DNA from: Gemmatimonadota bacterium
GTDB lineage: Bacteria; Gemmatimonadota; Gemmatimonadetes; Palauibacterales; Palauibacteraceae
Length of the DNA stretch: 64,000 bases
Assembly: GCA_963666735.1 (NCBI GenBank)
Contig: OY762926.1
Coordinates: forward strand, 32,001 to 96,000
Reading direction: 5' to 3'
Shown here: positions 1-9,516 of the stretch, one piece after another
Layout of the letters: every line of letters begins with the position of its first letter
Numbering within the stretch: position 1 is the stretch's first letter
Translations under genes and position numbers: made by a program
Notes under the pieces: generated by a model
What the model saw: only the letters and a program-made list of their open reading frames with translations
Database searches by the model: none
What the model was told of the DNA's origin: nothing

Positions 1-102
1 GTCTTCCCGGATCGCTTCGACGCGCCCCGCGAACTCCTCGTCCAGCCTGTTGCCGGTGCCGTCGACCGCCGCGCCGTCCTCGAAACGGAAGGTCACCCGC
101 CC

Positions 103-184
103 CTTCGGCCGGTTCAAGGTGGAGAGCAGGTCGCTGATCCCCATAACCCGGAGGTCGGGTGTCCAACTCCTGGGGGTCACTTCA
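103..184 (+). mobile_element. IS3-family remnant (internally deleted orfB tail plus right terminal inverted repeat)
   Basis: ttcggccggttcaaggtggag...gtcgctgatcc and terminal gtgtccaactcctgggggtcacttCA nearly match the IS3 remnant at 4566-4790. Confidence 0.7.
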
Positions 185-334
185 CCGGTCGTCCTCGCGG
201 TCCCCGGTCTCCGACCGTTCGCAGAGTCGGGATGGTGGAGGCACTCGGCGGTGCTTCGCGCGGCTCGTCACGCGTTGGGGGCTCCACGCCCGGGGCGTAC
301 CAAGTGCTGCGGATACACCGGTCGTGTACGGGCT

Positions 335-943
335 TTAGCGGCGGGCGCGCATCCCGTCCAGGAGTGTCGCGGTGGTCTGCCGGATCAGCCCATCGACATC
401 CACGGCCGTGAGGATCTGTCCCTCGATCAGCAGTGATGCGAGACCATGCACGGCCCCCCACGCCACGTAGGCCTGAAGGTGCGGATCCTGTCGCTTGATC
501 GTTCCGCTCTCCTGGTATGACCGGACGATGCTCACGAGTTCGTCGAACAACCCGTTCGCCACATCGCGGAGTTCCGGGTGGTCCTCGCGAGTGATCGCTT
601 CCTTTCCGTACATCAGGCGGTAGTGCCCCGGGTTTTCGAGCGCGAACCGGACGTACGCCCGCCCGACCCGCGGGAGCCGCTCGATCCCTGCGTCCGGGTC
701 GCCCGCGCCCACGGCCTCCAGGCGCTCTCGAAGGCGGTCGAAACCGGCGGCGGCGACCGCGACCAGGAGCGCGGACTTGTCCGCGAAGTGGCGATAGGCC
801 GCGGACCGCGAGACGCCCAGGCGCCGCCCGATCTCGCGCATCGTCACGCTCGAGGTCCCTCCCTCGTCGATCATCGCGGCGGCTTCGGCGAGCAATGCCG
901 CCCGCAGGTCTCCATGGTGATACGCGGTGGCGTTTTGGGTCAT
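335..943 (-). CDS. TetR/AcrR family transcriptional regulator (WHG-type C-terminus)
   Basis: YHHGDLRAALL...TMREIGRRLGVSRSAAYRHFADK helix-turn-helix; AWGAVHG motif. Confidence 0.92.
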   Translation of the reverse strand: MTQNATAYHHGDLRAALLAEAAAMIDEGGTSSVTMREIGRRLGVSRSAAYRHFADKSALLVAVAAAGFDRLRERLEAVGAGDPDAGIERLPRVGRAYVRFALENPGHYRLMYGKEAITREDHPELRDVANGLFDELVSIVRSYQESGTIKRQDPHLQAYVAWGAVHGLASLLIEGQILTAVDVDGLIRQTTATLLDGMRARR

Positions 944-979
944 GGCGCAAAGGTGATCGGTTCAGGGGTGACCAGCAAT

Positions 980-1021
980 GTTGACGGCGTCAACGGAGCG
1001 GAGTAAGTTGACGGCGTCAAC
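980..1021. promoter_or_regulatory. Two identical palindromic operators GTTGACG-G-CGTCAAC (980-994, 1007-1021), probable TetR sites
   Basis: Perfect 7-1-7 inverted repeat present twice between the divergent TetR and DUF5671 genes. Confidence 0.8.
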
Positions 1022-1057
1022 AAGCTCGGATCGACCACTCGAAGGAGGGAAGGCAAG

Positions 1058-1702
1058 ATGGCCGGCAACGAGGAGATGACCGGATTCCTGAAGGCGGGCC
1101 TGGAGCGAAGCCTGCCCCGCGAGCAGCTCAAGGGGGTGCTGCTCGAGGCGGGCTGGCCGCAGGATCAGGTGCGACGCGCCCTCGACGGTTTCGCCGACGT
1201 CGCGTTTCCGATTCCCGTCCCGCGCCCCGCCCCGTACCTGTCGGCTCGCGAGGCTTTCGTCTACCTCGTGCTCTTCGGGACGCTGTACGGCAGCGCGATC
1301 AGCTTCGGGAGCCTCCTGTTCGCGTTCATCCACCAGGCGTTTCCCGATCCTTCGCTCGACCCCGCGGCCGCACTGCAGATGGCGCGAGAGGAGATCCGGT
1401 GGTCGATCTCCTTCCTGGTCGCGACCTTTCCCGTCTTCGCCTTCGTCTTCTGGACGAATGACCGCGCGGTCCGGAAAGACCCGGGCCGGCGGCTCTCGCG
1501 AGTTCGGCAGTCGCTGACGTACCTGTCCCTGTTCGTAGGTGCGGCCACGCTCATCGGCGTGGTCACGAGCATCGTCTACAACCTCCTCGGCGGCGAACTG
1601 ACGGTCCGGTTCGCCCTGAAGGTTCTGACCGTCGCCACGATCACCGGCTCGTTGTTCGGGTACTTCCTCCGCGACGTGCGCAGGGAGGAGGTGGCGGAAT
1701 GA
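1058..1702 (+). CDS. DUF5671-like multi-pass membrane protein
   Basis: GWPQDQV...PVPRP..SAREAFVYL N-terminus, about 4 hydrophobic helices, RBS-like gaggggaagg. Confidence 0.75.
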   Translation: MAGNEEMTGFLKAGLERSLPREQLKGVLLEAGWPQDQVRRALDGFADVAFPIPVPRPAPYLSAREAFVYLVLFGTLYGSAISFGSLLFAFIHQAFPDPSLDPAAALQMAREEIRWSISFLVATFPVFAFVFWTNDRAVRKDPGRRLSRVRQSLTYLSLFVGAATLIGVVTSIVYNLLGGELTVRFALKVLTVATITGSLFGYFLRDVRREEVAE

Positions 1703-2199
1703 CCCTCTCGCCGCGATCCATCGTGCTGGGAGTCTCGGGAGCCGCCGTTGCTGCTGCGGTGGCGCTCGGGCTGGTATCCCTGGGCTCTCCCGCGCAGGAG
1801 CGCGAGCGACGGATCGATGACCGGCGACTGTCCGACCTGCACGGAATCACGGCGGCTGCCGGTCGCTACTGGACTCGGCACGGGCGGCTTCCGGCATCCC
1901 TGGACGATCTGGCGGCCGAGCCCGGCTTGCGGATCAGCACCCGTGATCCCACCAGCTCGGAGATTTACGGGTACCGGGCGCTCGACGCGGGACGCTACGA
2001 GGTGTGCGCCACCTTCGCGGCGGATTCCGGGGAGCCGACGGGAAGCTCTTCGATCGTCCAGAGGAGCTGTCAGGGCTGCCACGGCCCGGGCTCGCCCGTT
2101 GCGGCCCGGATCGAGGGTCCAGAGGCTGGGCAGGTGGCGTTTCGCGACCTGTGGACGCACGGCCCGGGACGGCACTGCTTCCAGATGCGAGTGCGGTGA
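1699..2199 (+). CDS. Membrane-anchored pseudopilin-like partner of DUF5671, containing a CxxCH motif
   Basis: N-terminal TM helix, GSP..ER..R.D..R..DL, LPASL, RDP, YEVCATF and HGPGRHCF; ATGA overlap with upstream gene. Confidence 0.7.
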   Translation: MTLSPRSIVLGVSGAAVAAAVALGLVSLGSPAQERERRIDDRRLSDLHGITAAAGRYWTRHGRLPASLDDLAAEPGLRISTRDPTSSEIYGYRALDAGRYEVCATFAADSGEPTGSSSIVQRSCQGCHGPGSPVAARIEGPEAGQVAFRDLWTHGPGRHCFQMRVR

Positions 2200-2343
2200 C
2201 GCGGCGGCCGGCGCCGTCCGAAGCCGTGGGACTGCGGCGGGAGGCCAGACCGTCTCGACGACACGCCGCCGCTGTTGCGACCAGCAACAAGGATCGCACA
2301 TTCACTCCTCGGGGATCGCGATGCGCCGGCAGCGGAGGGGGGG

Positions 2344-2928
2344 ATGATGCGAGGCACAAGGGTCGGAGTGCCGCCGCGGTGTACCCTCGCTGCCATGGTC
2401 GCCTGGGCCATGGCTGCGCCCGGCCTGCAGGCCCAAGAGGCGGATTCTCTTCCGGTGGTGGCGGCACAGGACGTTCCGCAGGTCAGCGTGCTGGTGGGCA
2501 TGCGAATCGAGTTGGGCGGTGTGCCTTCACCGGGAGCCAGCCTGGAAGTGTTGGCGGATTCGCCGATTCGGCATATCTGGGTGTCGCTGCAATTCCTGGC
2601 TCAGATCACTCGTTGGAACGTTCAGTACGACTCGATGACCAGACGAGATCACAGCTACCTGGGCCGGGTTCGGGCGGGCCTTGGCACGGGCGAAGGGCCG
2701 AGGTTCTACGCTCTCTTCGAACACGGAATCGGAATCATCAAGGCCGACCGCGAGCGCTTGCTCGGACAAACCTACAACATGACGGGCGTCGGACTGGGCG
2801 TGGGGCTGACCGTCGGCAGAGTCACGGGCTCGCTCGAATTCGTTCTGGGAGAAGCCGACCGAAACAACCCCGATCTCTACGGAGGCCTGGGGTTATCGCT
2901 GCAATACCGCTTGCCGCGAATCTTTTGA
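2344..2928 (+). CDS. Secreted/outer-membrane beta-barrel-like protein
   Basis: Signal peptide ending LQA-QE, alternating beta strands, C-terminal GLGLSLQYRL...F. Confidence 0.6.
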   Translation: MMRGTRVGVPPRCTLAAMVAWAMAAPGLQAQEADSLPVVAAQDVPQVSVLVGMRIELGGVPSPGASLEVLADSPIRHIWVSLQFLAQITRWNVQYDSMTRRDHSYLGRVRAGLGTGEGPRFYALFEHGIGIIKADRERLLGQTYNMTGVGLGVGLTVGRVTGSLEFVLGEADRNNPDLYGGLGLSLQYRLPRIF

Positions 2929-3081
2929 CCGCGGGGTGCGACACCGCGCGCGACGCGGACGGCGCCGCAGCCGACCGCACCGAAGCTGCGCACGCGTGCC
3001 GGTGATGGCGGATGACCCGACCGCGGCTAGATTGAACCGTTCGTTGACGGCCACGGATCCGGACGACCTTGGAGGTGGAGG

Positions 3082-3279
3082 ATGAAGTACCGGGTGGCGC
3101 TTCAAGAGTCCGAAGAGGGGTTCTCCGTCTGGGTTCCGGGTCTGCCTGGTTGTGCGTCGCAGGGGACGACGGAGGAGGAAGCCCTGGCGAACATCGCGGA
3201 CGCCGTCCGCGAGTACTTGGACGTGGCGGTCGAGAATGCCGCCGGCATGGTCATCCGTGAGATCGAAGTCGCCGTATAG
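3082..3279 (+). CDS. hicB: HicB-family antitoxin (short form)
   Basis: VPGLPGCASQGTTEEEALANIADA motif; ggagg RBS. Confidence 0.9.
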   Translation: MKYRVALQESEEGFSVWVPGLPGCASQGTTEEEALANIADAVREYLDVAVENAAGMVIREIEVAV

Positions 3280-3282
3280 GCC

Positions 3283-3495
3283 GTGCCGAGGATTCCCGGT
3301 GTCAACCACCTCCGGGCGGTGCGCGCGCTCGAGAAGGCAGGCTTTTGCATCGCTCGCCAAGGAAAGCACATCGTGCTGACCGACGGTGAGCGTATCCTTA
3401 CGGTTCCGCGCAACAATCCGGTCAATGCATTCACGATGGGCCGCATCGTCCAGGACGCTGGTCTGACGGAACGGGAATTCAAGGAACTCCTCTGA
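3283..3495 (+). CDS. hicA: HicA-family mRNA interferase toxin
   Basis: ALEKAGF..RQGKHIVL...TVPR...TMGRIVQDAGL; adjacent to hicB. Confidence 0.9.
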   Translation: MPRIPGVNHLRAVRALEKAGFCIARQGKHIVLTDGERILTVPRNNPVNAFTMGRIVQDAGLTEREFKELL

Positions 3496-3746
3496 CGCAG
3501 CCAACCTCTCGCACATGAGCAGACCGTTCACCGACCGGTTGCCGGAGGAACTCGACTCCCCCCAGCCGTTTTTTCTTGGGCCCCCGGGGAAAACGACCGT
3601 TGGCGAAGGCCCGCACCTGCCAAGCCCCGATCGGCCTGTCGGGAGAGATCAAGCAATGGCGTCGCAAGCGTCGGAGTTCGGATTGTTTCGCTGGTGATAT
3701 GGTGTTATGGTGCGTTCATTCGAGAACCTCGACCCCGGACGAAGAC

Positions 3747-3986
3747 ATGCCCCGTCTCACGATCAGCCTGAGTGCTCCCACGCACCGCGCCCTGAAGGAA
3801 GCTTCAGCGCGGCAGGGCCGTTCGATGGGCGCGATCATCGAGGAGAGCCTCGATCTTAGAGGCGTCCGGCCGATCGACACGGCCAGGGACATCGTGGCCC
3901 GAGCCCGCGCGCAGGCCCGGCTGGAAACCGATGAAGCCGCGGCCGTGGCGGTTAGGGAAACGAGACTGCACCGTGAGGGACGGTAG
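3747..3986 (+). CDS. Ribbon-helix-helix (CopG-like) antitoxin
   Basis: MPRLTISLS..THRALKEASARQGRSMGAIIEE; directly upstream of a PIN gene. Confidence 0.75.
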   Translation: MPRLTISLSAPTHRALKEASARQGRSMGAIIEESLDLRGVRPIDTARDIVARARAQARLETDEAAAVAVRETRLHREGR

Positions 3987-4030
3987 GCTGATCCGCTGAC
4001 CGACGCCGCGACGGGTGCCGGACGCCGCTG

Positions 4031-4459
4031 ATGACGCCGCCCGTATTCATCGTGGACACGAACGTGATCGTGTCGGCGCTGATCGGGTCCGACTCGAAGG
4101 CTCCCCCGGCGCAGATTCTGGAGGCCATGCTCGGCGGGAGCCTTCTGTACCTCATGTCCGCCGACCTTCTCACCGAGTACGCGTCGGTGTTGCGCCGTCC
4201 CCGCCTCGTTCGGCTCCACGGGCGACCGGAGAAGGAGATCGACCTGTTGCTCGCGGAACTGACGGCGAACGCGATTTGGCGCGACCCGGCCCCGGGCGAC
4301 CCGGCCCCGGATGCCAACGACAACCACCTGTGGGCTCTACTGGCGAGCTGGGCCGGAAGCCGTCCCCTCACGGGTGATCGCCTCCTGGTCGAGAACGCTC
4401 CGGAGGCAGGGCTTGCGGTGACCCCTCGCGAGTGGGTGAACCTCCACAAGAGGCGGTAG
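4031..4459 (+). CDS. PIN-domain toxin (VapC-like)
   Basis: IVDTNVIVSAL, EY..VL.RP, PDANDNHL and LTGD acidic PIN motifs. Confidence 0.9.
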   Translation: MTPPVFIVDTNVIVSALIGSDSKAPPAQILEAMLGGSLLYLMSADLLTEYASVLRRPRLVRLHGRPEKEIDLLLAELTANAIWRDPAPGDPAPDANDNHLWALLASWAGSRPLTGDRLLVENAPEAGLAVTPREWVNLHKRR

Positions 4460-4489
4460 GCGACAAGTGGAGATCGCCCTTCCAAAAAC

Positions 4490-4790
4490 TCCTTGGGCCG
4501 GAGCGACTGAGCGCGGCTCTCCTACGCGCTGCGCGGACCGAGGGACAACCCGGAGATGGAGAGCTTCTTCGGCCGGTTCAAGGTGGAGAACAGGTCGCTG
4601 ATCCTCGACGCCGGCTCGCTTGAGGAACTCGCGGCCGTCGTCCGGGACCGGATCAACTACTACAATCGGGTGCGCCGTCACTCCTCCTCGGAGACCGGCC
4701 ACCCATGACCATCATCGAGGACCTCTACCGAGAGGGCTGAGCAGCACAATAAACCCGGAGGCCGGGTGTCCACTCTTGGGGGTCACTTCA
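4490..4790 (+). mobile_element. IS3-family remnant: integrase-core C-terminus plus right inverted repeat
   Basis: Translates DNPEMESFFGRFKVE...YYNRVRRHSS; ends gtgtccactcttgggggtcacttCA. Confidence 0.8.
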
Positions 4791-5013
4791 CCGGGCGTCG
4801 ACGAGCGGCAGGTCCGCGTGGTGCTCGAGCAGGAAGCGAAGGCGCTGAGAACGGGTTGGTGCGTTGAGGCGGCTGTTCTACCAAGGCACTGCCGCCCGCC
4901 CCGCTTGATCGCCGATGGCGTCGCTGGCAAGCTTGCTGCGCGGGAGTCGGCGCCGCGCCGCCGGATGGAGACGACGATATGGGGGATCAACGATCAACCG
5001 AAGGGCTTTGGGA

Positions 5014-5718
5014 ATGACCGAATCGACCTTCTACGATCAGCTCGGTCGACCTTCCTACGCGGTGGCGGAAGCCGGCCGGCTGGCGGGCCTCACCGCGGGG
5101 AGGGTACGCCGCTGGTTAAGGGGGTACGAGTACAGCTACGGAGACGCCGTGCGGGATCTGCCGCCGGTCCTGCAGGGCAGTGGGACCGAGAGCTCCTACG
5201 CGTCCTTCCTGGACCTTGTGGACCTGCTCTTCGTGAAGCGGTTTCTCGATTACGGAGTGTCACTTCAGAAGGTCCGTCGCGCACTCGACGAGGCTCGCCA
5301 GGTCCTGGGCACGGAACACTTCGCGAGGCAGACGTTCTTCACGGACGGCGGGTCGATCTTTCTCGAACTCCAGGAAGGAGTCCACAGGGGCCGGGGGGAG
5401 GCGATCCTCGAACTGATGTCGGGCGGGCAGTGGGTGATCGCGTCCGTTATTCGGGAACTTGCGCGGCAGATTGACTTCGAGTCGCCCGAGGGGCTGGCCA
5501 GCCGGTGGTATCCGCTCGGGCGGAATAGGCCGGTGGTGCTGGATCCCATGGCGTCGTTCGGTGCGCCCTCGATAGCGGGCCGAGGTGTCAAGACGATCAA
5601 CATCCACGATCTTTTCGTGGCTGAAGACGAAAGCTTGGAGTCTGTCCGCACCTGGTGGGACCTGACGGACGACGAGATCCGAGCGGCAGTGGAATTCGAG
5701 CGTCAGCTGGCGGCATGA
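5014..5718 (+). CDS. HTH plus DUF433 antitoxin (VapB45-like)
   Basis: YAVAEAGRLAG HTH, SFLDLVDL, VVLDPMASFGAPSIAGRGV...EIRAAVEFE. Confidence 0.85.
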   Translation: MTESTFYDQLGRPSYAVAEAGRLAGLTAGRVRRWLRGYEYSYGDAVRDLPPVLQGSGTESSYASFLDLVDLLFVKRFLDYGVSLQKVRRALDEARQVLGTEHFARQTFFTDGGSIFLELQEGVHRGRGEAILELMSGGQWVIASVIRELARQIDFESPEGLASRWYPLGRNRPVVLDPMASFGAPSIAGRGVKTINIHDLFVAEDESLESVRTWWDLTDDEIRAAVEFERQLAA

Positions 5719-6101
5719 GGTTCTTCGTCGATAACAACCTGAGCCCGCAGCTGGCGGCAGGAATGAAGGGATTCGGTGAAGACGTCGTGCACGTCACGGA
5801 GTTCCTTCCACCTGACGTAGACGACACCGAGCTTCTGGCTCGCGTCGGATCGGAAGGTTGGTGTCTGGTGACTCGCGACGACAGAATCCGATACCGGCCG
5901 GCAGAATCGGCAGCGATCAGGGAACACCAGGTAGGGGCGTTCTTCATGGGCGGGAAGAACCTCCGTCGATGTCAGCTAATCCAGCAACTCGTCCGTAACT
6001 GGCCCAGGATGAAGGAACTGGCAGTCAAGACGAGCCCGCCATTCGCGTTTCGGGTCCCGCCGGCGGGTGCCAAGATCAAGCCGATTCCTCTCGGCGACTG
6101 A
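5715..6101 (+). CDS. PIN-like toxin (VapC45/DUF5615-like)
   Basis: MRFFVDNNLS, DDTELL, LVTRDDRIRY; ATGA overlap with the DUF433 gene. Confidence 0.85.
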   Translation: MRFFVDNNLSPQLAAGMKGFGEDVVHVTEFLPPDVDDTELLARVGSEGWCLVTRDDRIRYRPAESAAIREHQVGAFFMGGKNLRRCQLIQQLVRNWPRMKELAVKTSPPFAFRVPPAGAKIKPIPLGD

Positions 6102-6108
6102 CCCACCC

Positions 6109-6250
6109 ATGACCACCGACCTTACCGAGCGCGGCCTGGAACGGCTCATCTGCGAGGCCCTGACCGGGGACCCCTGCGACCGCCCGATACGGACAAAGGA
6201 CCGTGGCGAGTATTCGAAATCGGCTGAGGGAGAACCGAGTGGAGCCGTGA
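6109..6250 (+). pseudogene. Fused remnants: type I R-M HsdR N-terminus followed by a hicA 3' tail
   Basis: MTTDLTERGLERLICEALTG resembles HsdR starts; then DTDKG-(frameshift)-VASIRNRLRENRVEP* resembles a HicA C-terminus. Confidence 0.55.
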
Positions 6251-6591
6251 GAAACACGATGGAGATCGAAGGCTACCGGGCGATCATCCAGTTCGACCCC
6301 GACATCGAGATGTTCCGGGGCGAGTTCGTCGGCCTGAACGGCGGCGCGGACTTCTACGCCCGCGACGTCCCCGGTCTCAGGAGGGAGGGTGCGGCATCGC
6401 TCAAGGTGTTTCTCCAGATGTGCGAGGAGGACGGCGTCGAGCCCGCACGCCCGTACTCGGGACAGTTCAACCTGCGCATCCCGTCCGAGTTGCACGCGAA
6501 CATCGCCGCCGCCGCGGCCGCCGAAGGGAAGAGCTTGAATCAGTGGATCACCGAGACGCTCCGCGATCGCGTCGCAGCCGGGATGGCCTGA
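6247..6591 (+). CDS. hicB: HicB-family antitoxin with RHH domain (orphan, copy 1)
   Basis: GYRAIIQFDPDIEMFRGEFVGLNGGADFY...YSGQFNLRIPSELH...SLNQWI. Confidence 0.9.
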   Translation: MRNTMEIEGYRAIIQFDPDIEMFRGEFVGLNGGADFYARDVPGLRREGAASLKVFLQMCEEDGVEPARPYSGQFNLRIPSELHANIAAAAAAEGKSLNQWITETLRDRVAAGMA

Positions 6592-6637
6592 CGGCGAACC
6601 GACGCGTCGACTTCCACATCAGTTCCAATGCGGCCGT

Positions 6638-6786
6638 CCGATGCCCGAACCGGTGCTTCGGGAAGCGCTCCCGAATGCGGTGGTGCACGCTTCGGACGCG
6701 ACCTCGGAGGGAAGAGGTCGGCACCAAGTCGGCACCAAGTCGGCACCAAGTGGCGACTCTACGGAAGTCCTTGTCGGCGCGACCGC
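6638..6786 (+). pseudogene. Deleted remnant of the ATP-binding (HATPase_c_4-like) gene, with 3x11-bp repeat
   Basis: Spliced matches to 15000-15050 and 15386-15480; gcaccaagtcg repeats at 6721-6753. Confidence 0.7.
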
Positions 6787-6943
6787 AGCACCACCTCCGA
6801 TTTCTGCCGCGCACTCCAGCGCTTCGGCAGGCCCTCGGCCTCCGTCGGCTTCTCCTCGTCCCATCCTCCATCTCTCTGCCTTGCCCTACTCTAATCTCTT
6901 GCTCCTCTCGTGTCTCGCGTGTGTTGGCAGAGAGGGGGCGGGC

Positions 6944-8068
6944 ATGCGACTCTCCGCTGCGGATCCTCCCAGCGCCACGATCGACGGAACACATAAGCAC
7001 CTGCTCGTTGCGGATTGGACGACGCTTCTGAACGGGATGGAGGCGTGTCTGGAGGGCCCCGAACCGGGCCTCGCGGACGTGCGCCAACTCATGGGGCTGG
7101 TGCGGTTCGCGGAGACGAAAGCGCCAAAGGCCCCGCACGCCGGCAAGGCACTCGTCAACCAGGTTACTGCTATCGGAAAAAACTCGGACTGGATACACAA
7201 GGACGGCCTGAAGGCAACACCGAAATCCTACGGCTACGGGCGCTACGTGTGGTTGGGTCGGCGCGCCCGGCTCGGGGTATGGGTGGGGTTCAACACCGAC
7301 CTCCACGAGGAGTTCAAGGCGACGCCCCTGTGGGTCCGAGTCAAGAGGTGGAAGGCGCCATACGACTCGGGCTGGACGGAGCGGACCGTACCAATACTGA
7401 AGGAGTGCGTGTCGCCGTACGTCAAGCAGGTCGGCCAGGTGCTTTGGGTGGGGGTCGTGCCGGACGAGCCCCCGGATCCAAACAGCTACGCAGAGGAGTT
7501 GGAACGGATCGCCGAGATCGTCGACGAGGCTGCCGAGTCGCCCCTCTCGCCTGCCAGCGTACTCACGGAAGTCGGCCGGCGCTACGACCAGCCCGTGATG
7601 AACAACGTGCACCGCGCCGAGTACGTCGAGGCGCTCGTGGCTCTCGCGCTCCGGGACAGCGGATGGACGCGCAAGGCACCGTGGGGGGCCTGGCACTTCG
7701 AGAACGAATCCGGCGTGCGGCTCAAGCTCAAGCACTCCGCGGCGGTGCAGTCGTGGGGGGGCGGCGGAGCCCAGGACTCCCCGCGTTTCGACATTGCCCC
7801 CGGAAAGGGCTACTGGGACGATGAAGACGGACGGTGGGTGAAGCACTACGGTCGCCACGCCGACGTCTACGTGTTCGCCTGGCACGGGGGCACCGGCGAG
7901 AGGACGGACCAACGGGATCCGGCGAGGTGGGAGTTCCATGTGATCGCGGAACGCGATCTACCGGAGCAGAAGTCGATTGGTCTCCCTGCGATCCGAGCCT
8001 CGACGTCGCGGTGCCGCATCGAGGAGCTTGCGGCTGTGATCGACGAGATCTCCGGGGCGGTCCGCTGA
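6944..8068 (+). CDS. Hypothetical protein with C-terminal restriction-endonuclease-like domain (catalytic residues appear degenerate)
   Basis: NNVHRAEYVE...LKHSAAVQSW...FDI...ADVYVFAWH...QRDPARWEF; 5' end uncertain. Confidence 0.5.
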   Translation: MRLSAADPPSATIDGTHKHLLVADWTTLLNGMEACLEGPEPGLADVRQLMGLVRFAETKAPKAPHAGKALVNQVTAIGKNSDWIHKDGLKATPKSYGYGRYVWLGRRARLGVWVGFNTDLHEEFKATPLWVRVKRWKAPYDSGWTERTVPILKECVSPYVKQVGQVLWVGVVPDEPPDPNSYAEELERIAEIVDEAAESPLSPASVLTEVGRRYDQPVMNNVHRAEYVEALVALALRDSGWTRKAPWGAWHFENESGVRLKLKHSAAVQSWGGGGAQDSPRFDIAPGKGYWDDEDGRWVKHYGRHADVYVFAWHGGTGERTDQRDPARWEFHVIAERDLPEQKSIGLPAIRASTSRCRIEELAAVIDEISGAVR

Positions 8069-8153
8069 GCGCTCCGCGCGAACCGCGCGTCACGGTCGAC
8101 AGGGCGGCCAGGGATCTTCAGGACACGCCTGAGCGCAGCGGCGTCCGGTCGAG

Positions 8154-8411
8154 TCAGGCCGCGTCGTGCTGCTTGATCCAGTCGCGCAGGACGTCATCGA
8201 TCCGGGTCTGCCAACCGCGCCCTCCAGCCCGAAAATGATCGATGACCTCCGGGGACAGCCGGATGGTGGTGGAGACCTTCGGCCGCGCCTTCCGGGGTCG
8301 GCCCCGCCGCACGGGCGCCTTGGCGAATTTCTCCGGCCAGCCGTCCTTCGAGAGGTCGGGTGCCGTATCCGGATCAAAACCTCGGACCGTAGAGCCGTCG
8401 TTCCCGTTCAT
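8154..8411 (-). CDS. brnA: BrnA-family antitoxin
   Basis: RGRPRK..PKVSTTIRLSPEVIDHFRAGGRGWQTRIDDVL. Confidence 0.92.
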   Translation of the reverse strand: MNGNDGSTVRGFDPDTAPDLSKDGWPEKFAKAPVRRGRPRKARPKVSTTIRLSPEVIDHFRAGGRGWQTRIDDVLRDWIKQHDAA

Positions 8412-8643
8412 TGGCCTTCCTCATGCTGATGACCCTGCATGCATCGCCGCGCTGCGTCCAGACGAGCACGATCATCTTGTCGTCCAGACAACCGATCGTG
8501 ATGAAGCGAGCCTCGCGGTATTCCTGCCGATCATCCTCGACGGTCAGCGTCGCGCCGGCGAACACCTCCACCGCCCGCGCCATGTCCAGGCCTCGAGCCC
8601 TGATCGTCTCCGCACGCTTTGCGTCGTCGAACTCGATTCGCAT
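8374..8643 (-). CDS. brnT: BrnT-family ribonuclease toxin
   Basis: IEFDDAK...RGLDM...EARFITIG...RVISMRKANERE. Confidence 0.92.
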   Translation of the reverse strand: MRIEFDDAKRAETIRARGLDMARAVEVFAGATLTVEDDRQEYREARFITIGCLDDKMIVLVWTQRGDACRVISMRKANERERRLYGPRF

Positions 8644-8766
8644 GAATTAATGTTACTACAGAAATTCCGTGTCAACGTTTCACTCTCGCCGTCGCGGCAC
8701 ACGCCCCAGTCTGCTGTTCGCTCTCAAGCCAATCTCAACGCCGGGGAGGGGCAGGGGCTTGCCCCG

Positions 8767-9516
8767 TCATGGGAGGTGCTCGAGGCTTCCCGCCTGCGGT
8801 AGGGCGATCCAGCCCTCCTCCTTCGCCAACTCTTCATCGCCGGGCGGGATCGGTTCGCAGCGGCTGAGCGCGGCCGCCCGAGCGACGAGGGCCGCGACCA
8901 CCGCATCGAGTAGGTCATCCGAGGCAGTACACTGAGCCCAGTCCTCCTCGGAAAGGGTGAACCAGTCGGCGATGCGCTCGGCGAGATCACTGGCGAGCCG
9001 GGCGCGAACCGCGGCTCCCCTGGCGCGCTTGTAGCCGCGCGAGGGGAAGCCCCATACGTGGAGGGCGGCCGCGGGGTAGACTTCGACGAAGCGGCCGCCG
9101 CCGCTCCGGTCGATGGATTCGCCGGTGGCCGCCGTCTCGGCGAGCAGGCGGACGGCTCGGATGGCGGGCACCGCGATCAGGTCCGTCGAGACGCTGAGCG
9201 GCCATCGACCCAGCCTCTCCCTCACGAATGCATCGGTTCGCCGGAACCGAAGCTGCGGGACTTCGGCGGCAGGCCAGACCGTCCCTGCCGACCAGGCGGC
9301 AACGGCTCGGGTGAAGCGTGCGGGCCAGCCGAAGGGGGCATCGATACCGATCTTGTCCGCGCGCCCGAACAACTCATGCAGGTCGGCGTCCGTCGCACCC
9401 AGCGACAGCGACTCGACGCGTGCCGATCCGCGATGCCACCGAATCAGACAGGTAGCCGTCCGCTTCGGCTGCGATGCGAGATCGACCCCGAGCGTGAACG
9501 ACGCGGGTTCAGTCAT
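8767..9516 (-). CDS. DUF429 predicted nuclease (RNase H-like fold)
   Basis: LGVDLAS, IGIDAPFGWP, VEVYPAA, DDLLDAVVAAL. Confidence 0.85.
   Translation of the reverse strand: MTEPASFTLGVDLASQPKRTATCLIRWHRGSARVESLSLGATDADLHELFGRADKIGIDAPFGWPARFTRAVAAWSAGTVWPAAEVPQLRFRRTDAFVRERLGRWPLSVSTDLIAVPAIRAVRLLAETAATGESIDRSGGGRFVEVYPAAALHVWGFPSRGYKRARGAAVRARLASDLAERIADWFTLSEEDWAQCTASDDLLDAVVAALVARAAALSRCEPIPPGDEELAKEEGWIALPQAGSLEHLP

Noticed and set aside
6067..6591. 174-aa extended HicB as a novel fusion protein
   Set aside because: The extension is a patchwork of hsdR and hicA remnants; copy 2 shows the true start at GTG 6247
6721..6753. Short repeats as a CRISPR array (also 15405-15448)
   Set aside because: Contiguous 11-bp units without spacers; no cas operon in the window
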